The notes below the pieces were generated by a model that searched no databases, was not told where the DNA came from, and saw nothing but the letters and a program-made list of their open reading frames with translations. From positions 9,362,001 to 9,426,000 of the forward strand of contig OZ176051.1 of assembly GCA_964247055.1 (NCBI GenBank): 64,000 bases of DNA, read 5' to 3'. Positions within the stretch are counted from its first letter, which is position 1; each line of letters begins with the position of its first letter. This DNA comes from Paragordius varius (lineage: Eukaryota; Animalia; Nematomorpha). Position numbers and translations under genes: made by a program. Shown here in pieces: positions 24,536-36,463 of the stretch.

Positions 24536-26574
24536 TGATGGTGTGTGGAGTTTATTACAAAGAAAATATTTATTCATTACCAAAATTAAACTTATGTGTG
24601 TAATATCACAATACTTCAATTATAGACTAACTATTTTGCTTGAAGGCACAATTAACAATATTAACTCCGTGTATCACAAAGTGTTATAATTGTTTGCAAT
24701 TATATAGGTGTTTTGTCCACAACAGTAGGTTCTACTTTAACATCACTCTTTCCCTGTAACTGATATCTATCTGGATGGTGTCGGATTCGTGTAGGGTCTC
24801 GCCGTTGTGTGTGAGTGTCAGTGGTAGGTGTTATGGTGGGTGTTTGGGATGGCAATTCAATGACGGGCTCCAAGGGTTGGGGCGGTATGTTCGGAGCTGT
24901 GGTCGTGCCAGTAGGGTATCTGACACATAGGTCAAGCGATTGTGGTGTTTATTTAGACAAAATTGTCTTTCCCATTCTTTCCCATCCTTCCCTTGTTCTC
25001 AATTGATCGGCGTGTTTTCGGATGATTTTGTTAACATCTCGTATTTTATATGGGAGTAATCCGAATACAATTTTTCGTTTTCATGGTATTCGTGATTAGG
25101 TTGCACATCCTCTACGAAGTCTTATTTTAGCCATGTGATTGGATTTTAGGAAAAGTTGTGCGGGACAGGTATTTGTAGCACTGTGAATGTTAGTGCGGTA
25201 TCCAAGCGTATTATTTATTTTTGATTGTCGGTAGTCTTCTGCCGACCGGTAATGTGTTTTTAGAGTATATATCACTAGTTCCACCATTCCGCTCGTTTTT
25301 GGATGATACGGAACTGATGTTACATGTTTAATGTTTGTCGTCATGAATTTCTTAAACTGCCCAGATGTAAAGTAAGACGCATTGTCAATTACTATCAATC
25401 CTGGAAATCCATATAGACTGAAACATTCGTATAGGAAATATAAGATATTTTTGTTCGATATCATTTTCGATAGTTTAACTTCGACCATCCAATAAAATTG
25501 TCTATTGGGCCTGCTATATCTAGATTTAATCTCTCCAATATTGCTGTATTGAAGTTCCAATTGTATGTGGGATTCAGTTTTGGCATCGACCCACTTTTTT
25601 AAGTCGCTTTCCATGTTGTGCTAAACGATTATTTGCTTTGGACCCCAGGTGTCCGACGTGTAAGTGTAAGATATTTATCTGCCAATATAACCCATACGTA
25701 TTTGCAATTTGATTTTGTTCTTGGTGCACTTATTACCTGGACTGGTCGGTGGTCTGGCTTCTAATATGGTTACGATTTAAGTTAAGATTATTGACAAACC
25801 TTACATGTTCTGTTGTTTGAAGACTTTCTGTGTCTTGTTGTTGAGGTTCTGTCGGCATGCGGGACAATGGATTTGCAATGTTTTCGTGACTTTTAATGTA
25901 CCGTAGATTGTAATCAAATTCGGAAGCTTTATACATCCAACGTAGTAGCTTGGAATGTTTATTTGGTCTAGTTTACGATTATTTCCAAACAGCTTTATTA
26001 GTGGTTTGTGATCAGTAGGAAATTCAAACTTCTTCCCCGTAATAAGCGTTTTAAATTTTTCAAAGCTAAAAGTATGGCTTGTGCTTCCTTTTCTATCACT
26101 GAATAATTTTCTTCGGGATTAGACCACTTTCTTGATGCGTATACAATGGGTTTATTTATGCCCTCCTGAGTGGTCTGCAGCAACACTGCTCCGTACCCTT
26201 TATTCGGGGCACCTGTTTCAATTATTATAGGAAACTCAGGATTGAACGGGGTTACTTTAAAAGTATGGCCTATTAAATTTTTGGCTCTGTTAAAACAGTC
26301 CTCGAGGTCTTTGGTCCATATCCAGGGTCATAACTGCCTAGGTCGTGAATTACAGAAAAACTTCCACATTTCGGAAGGCATTGTGTGTGAAAACTTACTA
26401 AGCCTAAAAAAGACTTGAGTGTTTTTTGTCATAAACTTGGGAAGTCTTGCATGGCTCTAACTTTATCTGCTGCTGGTGCGATGCCGTTGTTTGATTTAAC
26501 ATATCCTAAATAGCTTATGACCGGTTGAAAAAGTTTAAGTTTGCTTTTACTTAATTTTAAACCAGATTCTAGAC
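24536..26574 (-). mobile_element. Ty3/Gypsy LTR retrotransposon relic: RT end, RNase H, integrase, PPT, 3' LTR
   Basis: Motifs ISYLG, KPIVYASRKWSNPEENYSVIEKEAQAI, GFPGLIVIDNASYF and SVPYHPKTSGMVE. The polypurine tract agggaaagagtga is followed by a TG...CA LTR (~24742-24536) containing AATAAA. Confidence 0.9.
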
Positions 26575-29500
26575 CAGTGGTCACCCAAACTTCTGACGGA
26601 CAAATAAAATATATTTTTTTTGAGGGCCATTAACCTTTTAATGGCAAATATTCCATAGCGATTTGACACATATGCACATATTTATACTCTAACTCAGCCC
26701 ATGAATTTTTTGCGGATTGCATGTAAATTCAGCTAAAAACTCGTTTTGCACCATTAAAATTAAAATATATTGATAACAGAATTTATTTTGATATTAACTA
26801 ATAATTTTTGACAAATTTGGTTTCGCCTCATGACAGGCCAATAATAGGTCGTCCATGTGATCATGGATTAAACGATTTCTGTTTGTATTGACATACTTTA
26901 TTTTTGAATACGCCGTCTCTAGGGTTGTGCATTTGACTGCTTTTTTAAAAAGTCCGGTCTGACCCGGTCAGACCATGCTCATGACCACGGTTATGACCAC
27001 TTTACCTAAGTAATAATCATGCGATATTATATTGTGAAAAAAATGTTCGTACGACACTTGAGTTTCACTCATGTTTTTTCTTAAAATATATTATACATTA
27101 TTTTATATTTATTACAATATTTTCAAAATTTAATTTAGAATTTGGTTTTTAAATAAATTTTTCCACATTCTTGTGGCATTACTGGATATTTCAGATAAAA
27201 TTTTACCTAGTTTGTTTTCTTTCTTTCATCATTAAAATATCTTATAAAATGTTTATACATTTTATTGGTTCATAAATATAGAATAATCGCTGATTTTGCA
27301 AAATGCTTGATTGATTTGTTTTCAAAATAACTGGATATGCTAAATGCTAATGTTATAAAAATGCATGTTTATATTTATTTTATATTTTCTTAAAAGGTAT
27401 AATTACTATCTCTCTTCTAAAAAAATTAAGCACCAATTTTCAAGAAAAACAGCTGTTTTTTTAAATGACTATGGTCAAAAAATAAATAGTCACTGACCTG
27501 GTCATGACCCGGTCATTTGAACGGGTCATGACTTGGTCAACACAACCCTAGCCGTCTCACACGTGTAGGTTGAAGGAAAAATAGAACTTGAGCACATTTA
27601 TATTTCATACTTACTTGGCACATCTTGCCAAAACTCTACATATCTTTCTTCTCTACAATTCTCCTTGAATATATCCTCCAAATTGAAATCATTTTTAAAA
27701 TCTACGAATTCTTTAATGATATACGCCTGATCAAAACCGAAATGCTCAAGTTGCTAATATTGGATATATCCATATGCCATGGATTTTCAACAAGTTTTAA
27801 GCAATTTTTAGTATTTCTTAATTCATGAAATCTGAATTTAATCTCATGATTTTAGTATTAAATTAATCTTCGCGGTAAAGTCCATATTTTCTTTATGAAG
27901 CGTTTTAAGTGTTGGAAAATATAGGAGTGTTTTAATTATAAAATCTTGTTTATATATTATTAATTTTTCTGCAAAAGCAAATATTTGATTGGCAAATTGG
28001 GTTATGATTTTGGTCCCTTGAAGACTTGTATTAAAAATACTAAATTTATAAGTATTGTCGCAAAGATAGGCTAATAAAACCCATCATTTGTTAATTTCCT
28101 CGTCCAACTTTCTGTTATCTTTTATAAATAATAAAATTTCATGTAACAAAAAATATATAAAATACTTTGCTAAGGCTTAGCCATCTCACAGCGGTGTACA
28201 AAAGATTATCATAAAACTTAATATGGATTTCTTTTAGAAGGTTTTTGTATTTACGGCGGTTGAATTTTCCGCCACGGATGTGGTTAACTATATCAACAAC
28301 CGTTTTAATTACTGAATTGAGTGTTTCATCTTTAACACGCGTAACCAAGTTTTGCTGAATAAAGCTGTGAAAGGATAAAATATTTTGCAAATTATATTTG
28401 TTTTTTTAAAAGAGAAATAATCCTTGTTTTTTCCAATCATTGAGGGACAGCCATCTGTGCAGATAGAAACCAATTTTTTCAGATATACCATTATTATCAA
28501 AAAAATTATTTCGAGAAACTCACTTCCTTTCGTAGTATTATTTATTGGTAAAAATTTTAAATATTCCTCGTTGATTATGATGTCGTTGCAAATTTTCACA
28601 AAGAGCGCACATTGAGGTTTTGAACTAAAATCAGTGCTAGAAATATCAATGCTAAAATATTTGCAGTTTTTCAGAGCTAATAATGTATTGTTAAAAACAT
28701 ATTTAGATATATATTCTATGCGTCAAGCACATAATAAACCAGAAAGATAAGTTTTTTGCCTGTGATTAGATCTTTATTATGGAGTTTATCAAATAAAAAA
28801 CCATTTATTAGACATCTTTATATTAGTTGGGAATCAGTAAACGGTTTCATATTTGTTTCTAAAATATAGCAAATTTAATACGAAGCTAATGTTACGGCTT
28901 TTTCCTGGGAGAAAGGTATGAACATAAATAGATATTTCTTTCTGGTATAATTCCTTAATCTTTTTATATTTTTCGTTTCTTTCTTCATGATTTAGTAATT
29001 TATGAGAATGATGGATTGTAAAATGTCTTTCAATAATGTATTTTTTATAATTATGTTGTCCTTACATATAAGGCAGGTAATCACATTTTTATTTAAACGA
29101 CAAAGAATTTTTCTTCCCATACATTTTTAAAGAAGCGATTTTCATCGGATAATTTACGTTTTTTAGCATTAGATGTCATTCTTTAAATTTATGTTTTAAA
29201 TTGTGTAAATTTTTCAAAAAAATAAATATAATTTGAATAATGCTAGATAGCAAAGAATATGTATATGTAAGTTTGGGTGAAAGGCTTGCATAAATACAAA
29301 AAAGGAATGCAATAAATTTTTCAATAGAGAAAATAAAATAGAATTAAAACAACATAAGTTAAAATTTTGAAATCATTTTGATGTAGAGAAATTTTTATAC
29401 CTTTCAAATTGGGTAAAAAATAAAAATTACAACAATTAAATCTAAAGATAAATTAATATTAAAATAAGCGAAAATTCGTTAATGTGTAAATTAAAAATTA

Positions 29501-29595
29501 TCAATAAAAAAATAATTTAAGTATCAATGTGGTCATAGGAATTTTAAAACACTCTTAGAACATGCGGCCCGCAGGCCGCGGTTTGAGTACAACTG
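26575..29595 (-). mobile_element. Charlie/SPIN-like hAT transposon (GTF2IRD2-type transposase pseudogene)
   Basis: Ends are cagtggtcacccaaac and gtttgagtacaactg with subterminal gcggcccgcaggccgc. Transposase motifs are CLICK...LKRHF (BED finger), ICTDGCPSMIG, VVDIVNHIRG, VRWLS and SLQG. The left flank is ttctagac. Confidence 0.9.
26920..27550. mobile_element. hAT-type MITE (tagggttgtg family) with 8-bp TSD
   Basis: TIRs tagggttgtg and cacaacccta; TSD gccgtctc at 26912-26919 and 27551-27558; subterminal tgacc/ggtca repeats. Confidence 0.95.
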
Positions 29596-31155
29596 AGTTA
29601 CAGTCTCATGCGTGGACCTGATATATATTTTTTGTGCGCAAACCTCCGCATTTGAATCGAAAATACGATCCGTTAAATTATTTGGGTTGTGCACCTTTAG
29701 AACATATACTAATTAAATTAGCAAAATTGATCGATAAAAAATATATATTGTTAAGATCCAACATAAAGGAAGTTTTCTTGATTTGAGATTATTTAAAAAT
29801 ATCGCGTTATGTTCATAAATATATATATAATCAGATATTTTGTGAACTAAATTAAAAACATTTCCCGGACAAATTGTAATATAATGTAGCTACGTATCGT
29901 AGGTCAATCACTATAATAAAATATCCAGATATTGTAGACATGATTGGATCAAAATTGATTAATTTTCCCATGTTTGTCATAACGCATCTGAGACATGGCA
30001 ACACTGGCTACTATTATTGTGCTCACACTAAAAATCACCATACAATCAAAAAATTATATACAATCGGTGATCTAATCGAAAAAAAGTATTTTTCGCTTTT
30101 AAAGTAAAAATTGAATTTATACGAACAAAACGTGAAAAGATAAAGACAAACATTTCCTTTCACAAAACTTTGGTCTATTTTTTAACTTTGATTTTTTAAT
30201 GATGTTTGATAAACAAATAATATATTTTACAATTGTAATCAAATGATTTAATTAGGAAAAATTAGGGTTAAAAAGTTTAATTATCTTTTGAACAAAAAAA
30301 TACTTGTCTTTATGTTTTTTCGTTTTGGTGTATAATACTTACGCACTTACCCCTATTTCTTAATTGGTCCAACAAGGATTTCATTGTAAATTAATAGTTT
30401 TCGGGAGTGAGATGTTTATTCTCTATTTAGAATGCTTTTTCTGCTAAGCTAATCGTAACATTTTGAAATTCTAGATTAAGTTAAGAGATCCATGTATTTT
30501 TCGACCACTCTGGAGGAGCAGTAGTATATTTTTAATCTATTATTTTATAATTTTATAACACCAATGATTTAAACATTCAATGGCGTTTTATCAAATTTTT
30601 TAAATTCTTTATGCCATATTCATTGATATAAGTAAAAAAAAACAAGATCCTGCCGTATAAAAATCAAAAGGGCTAAGAGTCCTATTAATATTAACAATTA
30701 TGTTAATAATTTTATACAAATACGAGACACATTGCTGGTGGCCTATACCCTAAAAAGCCTAAATATGCATTCAAAAAAGGTTAAATTAAAACGATATTAT
30801 CAAATAAAATAAACTATGAGTGTCATTTAAATGAAATACTAAATTAATTAGAAAAAAATTTAATGAAAAAATTAGGATTAAGTCTATGAAAAGAGATATA
30901 TGTGTCTGTGCCAATGCAAATGGAATCTTTAATTGATATAACAACCATTCATCGTAAGTAAAATAAAGCTAACTAAAATTCAACAATATACGTTATAGAG
31001 AAATAATCCAATCAAAGTGGTATGCTAACGGGATCCTTTACTCTAATTATAATAAAATATATTTTTTTGAATTGCCCATAATATAAAGTATAGCTATTTA
31101 ACTTGATATAAGTAGATTGATTAATGGCAATATATATTTAAATATAATTACTAAT

Positions 31156-31616
31156 ATAGTTTGCACTTCAAAAGTCTTTTTTAACACTTCCAGTTGGCTC
31201 TCGAACATTTAAACACTTATATCTATAATTTTTTCATATTTTTATTATTTTTAATCTAGTATTATTACATATATCATTTTAACATTTTTCATTCTGAAAA
31301 CTTTCATTTTAACCCTATTTTCCAATTAACAATATTTTGATTTTATTTACGTTTTAAGTAAATTTAACGGAGAAAACTTTTATATTTATTAGGCTATAAT
31401 ATTTTTTTATTAAGTAACATTTAAAAATAAAGCAACTGTTTTTGAATGAACAAAGTTGATTTTGAAATAATATGAAATAATGGATTATATGATGAGTTAG
31501 ATGTATGACTCATAGTTTGATGATAATTATAAACAAAAGAAAATGCTCAAGGATTAAATAGAAGTCTTAGAGGACCAACTTGAAGAGTTAAAGAACACTC
31601 TTGAAGTACAAATAAT
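31156..31616. mobile_element. MITE related to the 557-1124 element
   Basis: Termini are tttgcacttcaa and cttgaagtacaaat, and it shares ggaccaacttgaag motifs. Only its left ~50 nt survive in unit B copy 2 (~58830-58880). Confidence 0.6.
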
Positions 31617-31858
31617 ATATATCGTTTTTTTTAAAAGTTAGAAATGTAAAATCAATATATATATATAGATATATACTTTTGTTTTTTTTGTAAAGAGTTA
31701 TTTTATGGCACATTGCATTGCAATATATTGTTAGTTATATAAAACAGGTTTGCATTTAATATTTTCTTACACAATTTGATGGAGAAAGTCATATCGATTA
31801 ATGTAGGTAAAACTTAATTAATAATGTAAAAAGAAGCATTTTTAATAAAACATAATAC

Positions 31859-34587
31859 CTGTCTTCAGTCAAATCCATTTCCAACACTTTTATTCTGTTC
31901 TCAGGAACTCTTCTATATGTGAATATATGGGTCAGCTAGGATATTCCCCTTTATGGCGCAATAATCCCCTGACAAAATAGCTCCACCAAACATGTGATCG
32001 GAATTTACCTCTAACCAATGCTTTCGTATGTATTCAAAGCGTTTATAATTGGCCCAATAACTGTTTCCGCGGCTATTAACCTATATGACACATTTAATAA
32101 GATCGAATTTGACTAAAGCCTTGTCATTGGAATTTTTTCCCAAATATCCAAAATGTAATCCATGTATAAAATCTAATAAAAAATGGATATTGGGGTTGGG
32201 TGTCTCATCGGGCATATAGTAACCGGTCTGATTGGCTGTAAATATGCTTAAAGGTGATAACTAGTCAAACAAATATTAAATATAAGTTACTGAACCAAAA
32301 AACCGTTCAACCTCTTTCAATAATCCATAATCATAAATGCAAATTTTATGAAAATTTAAACTCTTACAATATTTTTACTTTAAATTTAATGAAGAAGTCT
32401 ATTGTTTCCTATATTGATTCACGAATGCGTCTTTTTATGGGGCTTATTTGTACTGTTTTACATTTGAAACAGAGTCAGTAATTAAAAACTAATTTATATT
32501 CACGCTTTATTCGACATAAAATATGAGTAAACATTTTAAAAATTTATATTTATAATCGGGATTTAAGCAACTATAAATTATCATTTTATTTATTGCGCTT
32601 TTCTTGATCAATTAAATCAAAAATAAAATCAAGATTTTATAAATGAGAATACAAAAAAATGGTAAATACAACTCTACATATCGATATGCATAATTTTATG
32701 TTTATTCTATGATAGGGGTTTGGATTTCCAAATAATAAAATTTAAAATAATTTACTCACATAAAAGTATGAAATATAGGAAAAAACTTCATTGCAAAAAC
32801 ATTTGTTAAGGAATGGAAATGATTGAATCATTTATATATAGATTCCGCATTACCATATATGGCTTATAGGTTTAAATGAAAAAAAATAGTTTTCTTTAAT
32901 AATTTACTTGAGTCCATCTTTTCCAAACTTTTATGTAAGATTTATTCTTAAAGTGCAAAACCAATAGTGTTTTAGATGGCAAATACCAGATTAATCCACC
33001 TCCATATGGAGTATATTCCTTAACCTTTGGATGTTTGACATCATTTACAAGTTTTTCAATATGTTTAGTTGGTAATATATGATGACACAACAAATTTTAT
33101 ACACAATCAATTAATGTTTCCGCATATTCGTTGATAATCTAAAATGTATATTCACAAAATTAGTTAAATAAATGGTTAAATTCATTAATTTCTTCGAATT
33201 CGAAAAAAAAGGAATACCAGAACCATAGTGGTCCCTGGACGGCGTAATAATTTTAAATGAAACTGGGGTGATTGCAAGTGGGCCGGAACCGTGGTTCCCC
33301 ACGATATAAACGGTCCGGAATCGGTTTTGTACATTTGGAATCGGTTGCAATTTGGGTCCTGGATTTTCATTTGATGGTTTTCATTACATTGTCATTATAA
33401 TATAAACCAAAATATTGACAACTCCAAATCAAAACATAACTTATTAAAAAATAAATAGCAAATATATAAGTATAAAGGTAGATAATAAGTGTATTTTTAT
33501 TAAATATCGCATCTATGGGGGAAATCTTTATTTTATTTAAAAAAATGATTCACTAAGCAATTCATTCGTTAGACTACTTCTCAGACCTTTAATTATAATA
33601 TTTAGCGTAAAAAAGCTTTTTATTTGTTTTGAACCTAATATGTACCGTCTAACCTTACATGTTAAATTTTTATTATTTTTTCAAAATCTGTGGCCAAAAA
33701 AATTTGACAGCCTTAGGCAGTCCGTGGGCCGCCGTTTGAATACTACTGATATAGTATGGCTCATTTTTTTTCTGTTATATATTGATTATGGACGCTTCTA
33801 CATTTTTACCAGATTCATTAATTAATAAAATATAAGTTCCTACCCTATAGATTAAAAAATCTATAACATTATGTATGTGATTCTCTTTAAGTGTTAAAGA
33901 TTAATTCAAAAAAAATTCTCGACATGGTAATTCCATTTCGATCGTATACGAGTAAAAAATGTTTTATGATTAACTTTAAAATAATATTAGGCAATATAAA
34001 ATTTTGATGGAAAATTGGAAAAATGTTATTATACAATGGATAGTAAATATTTTAAACAAAAAGTTTTATTTTTAAAAATAAAACCATATGGAAACCACAT
34101 TTTTGAAGGTAGAACTGGAACCGAACTAATTTCTTGACGGTTGGAACCGAAAGAGGGCTGGTTGATTTTGAAAATAGAACCGGGGTGGTTCCTGAAATTA
34201 AAGCCGAACCGGGTTGGTTCTAACCTAATGGAACCGTTGCAGAAATCTCAGGAACCGGGTTCCGGTTCTGTATGGTTTCGATTCCGGTTTGAACCTCCGT
34301 AACATATAATAGCCCTTATCGGTTATTTTTCAAGACATAATAATTACTTCAATATTATAATGATCAAATGCATCATCCAAAACTACGTAGTACTCATAAA
34401 AATTTGTCCCATTTATTTTAAGATTTTCTAGGTCTGTTCTACAAAATTAAATACAACCTTGAATCATACCTTATGATGGAATCAACGAGTTGTTCCATTT
34501 CAGTCTATTTTCATGCCATATGGTTACACATACAAACACATTATAATTATTATAAAGTGGAATGCAATCCAGACAATCTACAGGGCC
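31859..34587 (-). pseudogene. CHS: Divergent animal-type chitin synthase (GT2) pseudogene; three catalytic-region exons recognisable
   Basis: Exon 34587-34470 reads VCVTIWHE..EMEQLVDSIIR (cf. CATMWHE), with a frameshift. Exon 33138-32908 reads TPYGGGLIWYLPSKTLLVLHFKNKSYIKVWKRWTQ|gt (cf. TPYGGRL...KRWSQ), with an in-frame TAA. Exon ~32260-31859 reads YKRFEYIRKHWLEVNSDHMFG...MDLTEDR|gt (cf. FEYAIGHWLQKATEHMIG...GEDR), with a TAG and a frameshift. Confidence 0.88.
34100..34300. repeat. Cluster of GAACCG/CGGTTC motifs, probably a DNA-transposon subterminal region
   Basis: Many ggaaccg/ccggttc motifs in both orientations. Similar clusters occur at ~33200-33370, ~15790-15880 and ~57001-57050. Confidence 0.5.
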
Positions 34588-36463
34588 CTAATAATATTAA
34601 GAATCAAGTTCGAGTGTATGACATACTTTTGATTTATGTATGTACAGCCACCCTACTTATTTATCTCATGTTTTCAATTAAAAATTTAAAAGGCTTGCAA
34701 ACAGGTAATACCACTTTGATGGAATAGGCTTATTAATTAAATTTATGCGCAAGTTATATTTGTATTCCTTTTCAAAAGTTGTAATTGGAATATAATTAGA
34801 GGAATGTTTTAATTTAATTCCAAGGGTAAAAATATAAGCCGTATCTATCATATGAAACCTTATATCAAAATAATTGTTTTAAAACATCTCACATTCGCAT
34901 CAGGAAAATTTGCTCACTTTCAAAAAATGCTTTCAGTACGGCCGCGAGATGTTTGTGACAATTAACAAAGGAATTTTATAGGGTAATACGATCTTTTAAA
35001 TTTGGCTAATTATGGGATATTTAATATAATTTTATAAATTAGTCGTATGCCGTATTTGCCTAATCACATCTCTTAAAGCATAATTATCAGGACATTTTTG
35101 TGCTGTTCTTACTGCTTGCGACTCGCAGATGATTGTCATCTAAACTAATTCCGAAAAAAATATGCTTGCTTATAATTTTTTTACATTTAATAACTATCAA
35201 AAATAAGAAGAATGTACCTTTGTGTTTTGATCTGTGGTTTGCCTTGATTTATTTTTAAATTTAAAATTGAGTATTTTCCACAATCTCAAAACATTGGCCA
35301 TTATGAAGGAATAAATGTTTAAATTTAAAAGTTTAAAAGTTTCCACCACAAATTCCGATTAAATTTTCATAACCATAAGGATCGTTGGGTTGGGATTCTG
35401 CCGTAAATTATGCAGAGATAGGAATTGAGTGTTTTGTATATTTATTACAGAACTTTTGGTGATAATCAAATTTAAATATAGTTTACTGTTATTGTTTAAC
35501 TAACAATTAATGGTTTGTTTATGCACATTCGCTGCTTTATTGGGTTTAACATCTATATTAATCTGCAGAAAAAAGGACTGCTAGTACAGTAAAATATTTT
35601 TTTTGATAAATTACTATTTAATATTAAAAACAATGTTTAATGTTTGTATACTAAAAACTATGCAGAGTAAATTGTGAGAGCCATCCTGTTACTGCAATAA
35701 TATGGCAATTAAACAATATTTAAACATAAACAACGGATGTTTTAATTGACATATATCAAATATATCTCAAGTCTTCTCCGGTTTTTTAGTAAAAACACGT
35801 TTTGAGAGAAAATGAGTCATTATACAAAATATTGGCCCATATGAATGAGCCTTCTTCATCCTGTTGAGAAGAAATTTTTGAGCCTGTTTTTTTCAGGATT
35901 AAAGTTATTACAAAAGCCGATACTCGAGAACTTCAAAAAATATTTTTCTAGAAATGCTAACCAAAGGTTATAATGTTTTAATGGTTTATTTTTACATATT
36001 TAGGCATGAGATAGTAGTCAGATAAATAATAAGCAAGTCTTTCAACTGAATATTTAGAATATCCTTAAATATATAAACTGCAGATATTTTCTCAATATGT
36101 CATATAAATTTTGTCCATCCTCACTTGAAACTATTCCAAAAGGTAATATCATCAGGAATACTATCAAGTATTTTTAATTTGGTTTATTTTAGACATATAT
36201 CTCTGCCACATACTTATGAATGGGGTCATATATCTTTGTATGGTATTGTGTTACACATGCAAATTTTAAATATATATTTTATATGTATGATATAGTTTTT
36301 AGTGAGATTAGCATTGTCTCTATTTTATATTTTTGTTCTATGTAAATAACATTTCCATTAGTTACTTGAAATTTTATTTGTTATTATGATATGCAAATTA
36401 TGTTCACTTAAAAATAGTATATAAAAAGTATATTACGATATATACCATTGTTAATTTTTACAT

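Larger units (their letters stand above)
22640..31200. repeat. Segmental duplication unit B, copy 1
   Basis: Colinear and nearly identical by eye to ~48210-58880, apart from insertions specific to copy 2. Confidence 0.92.

Noticed and set aside
33111-33370. Two overlapping minus-strand ORFs next to the chitin synthase exon
   Set aside because: They derive from a GAACCG-rich repeat in the intron and have no CHS similarity.
36334-36462. Possible short 5' LTR before the PBS
   Set aside because: TG...CA ends are present, but there is no second copy in the window to confirm the boundaries.
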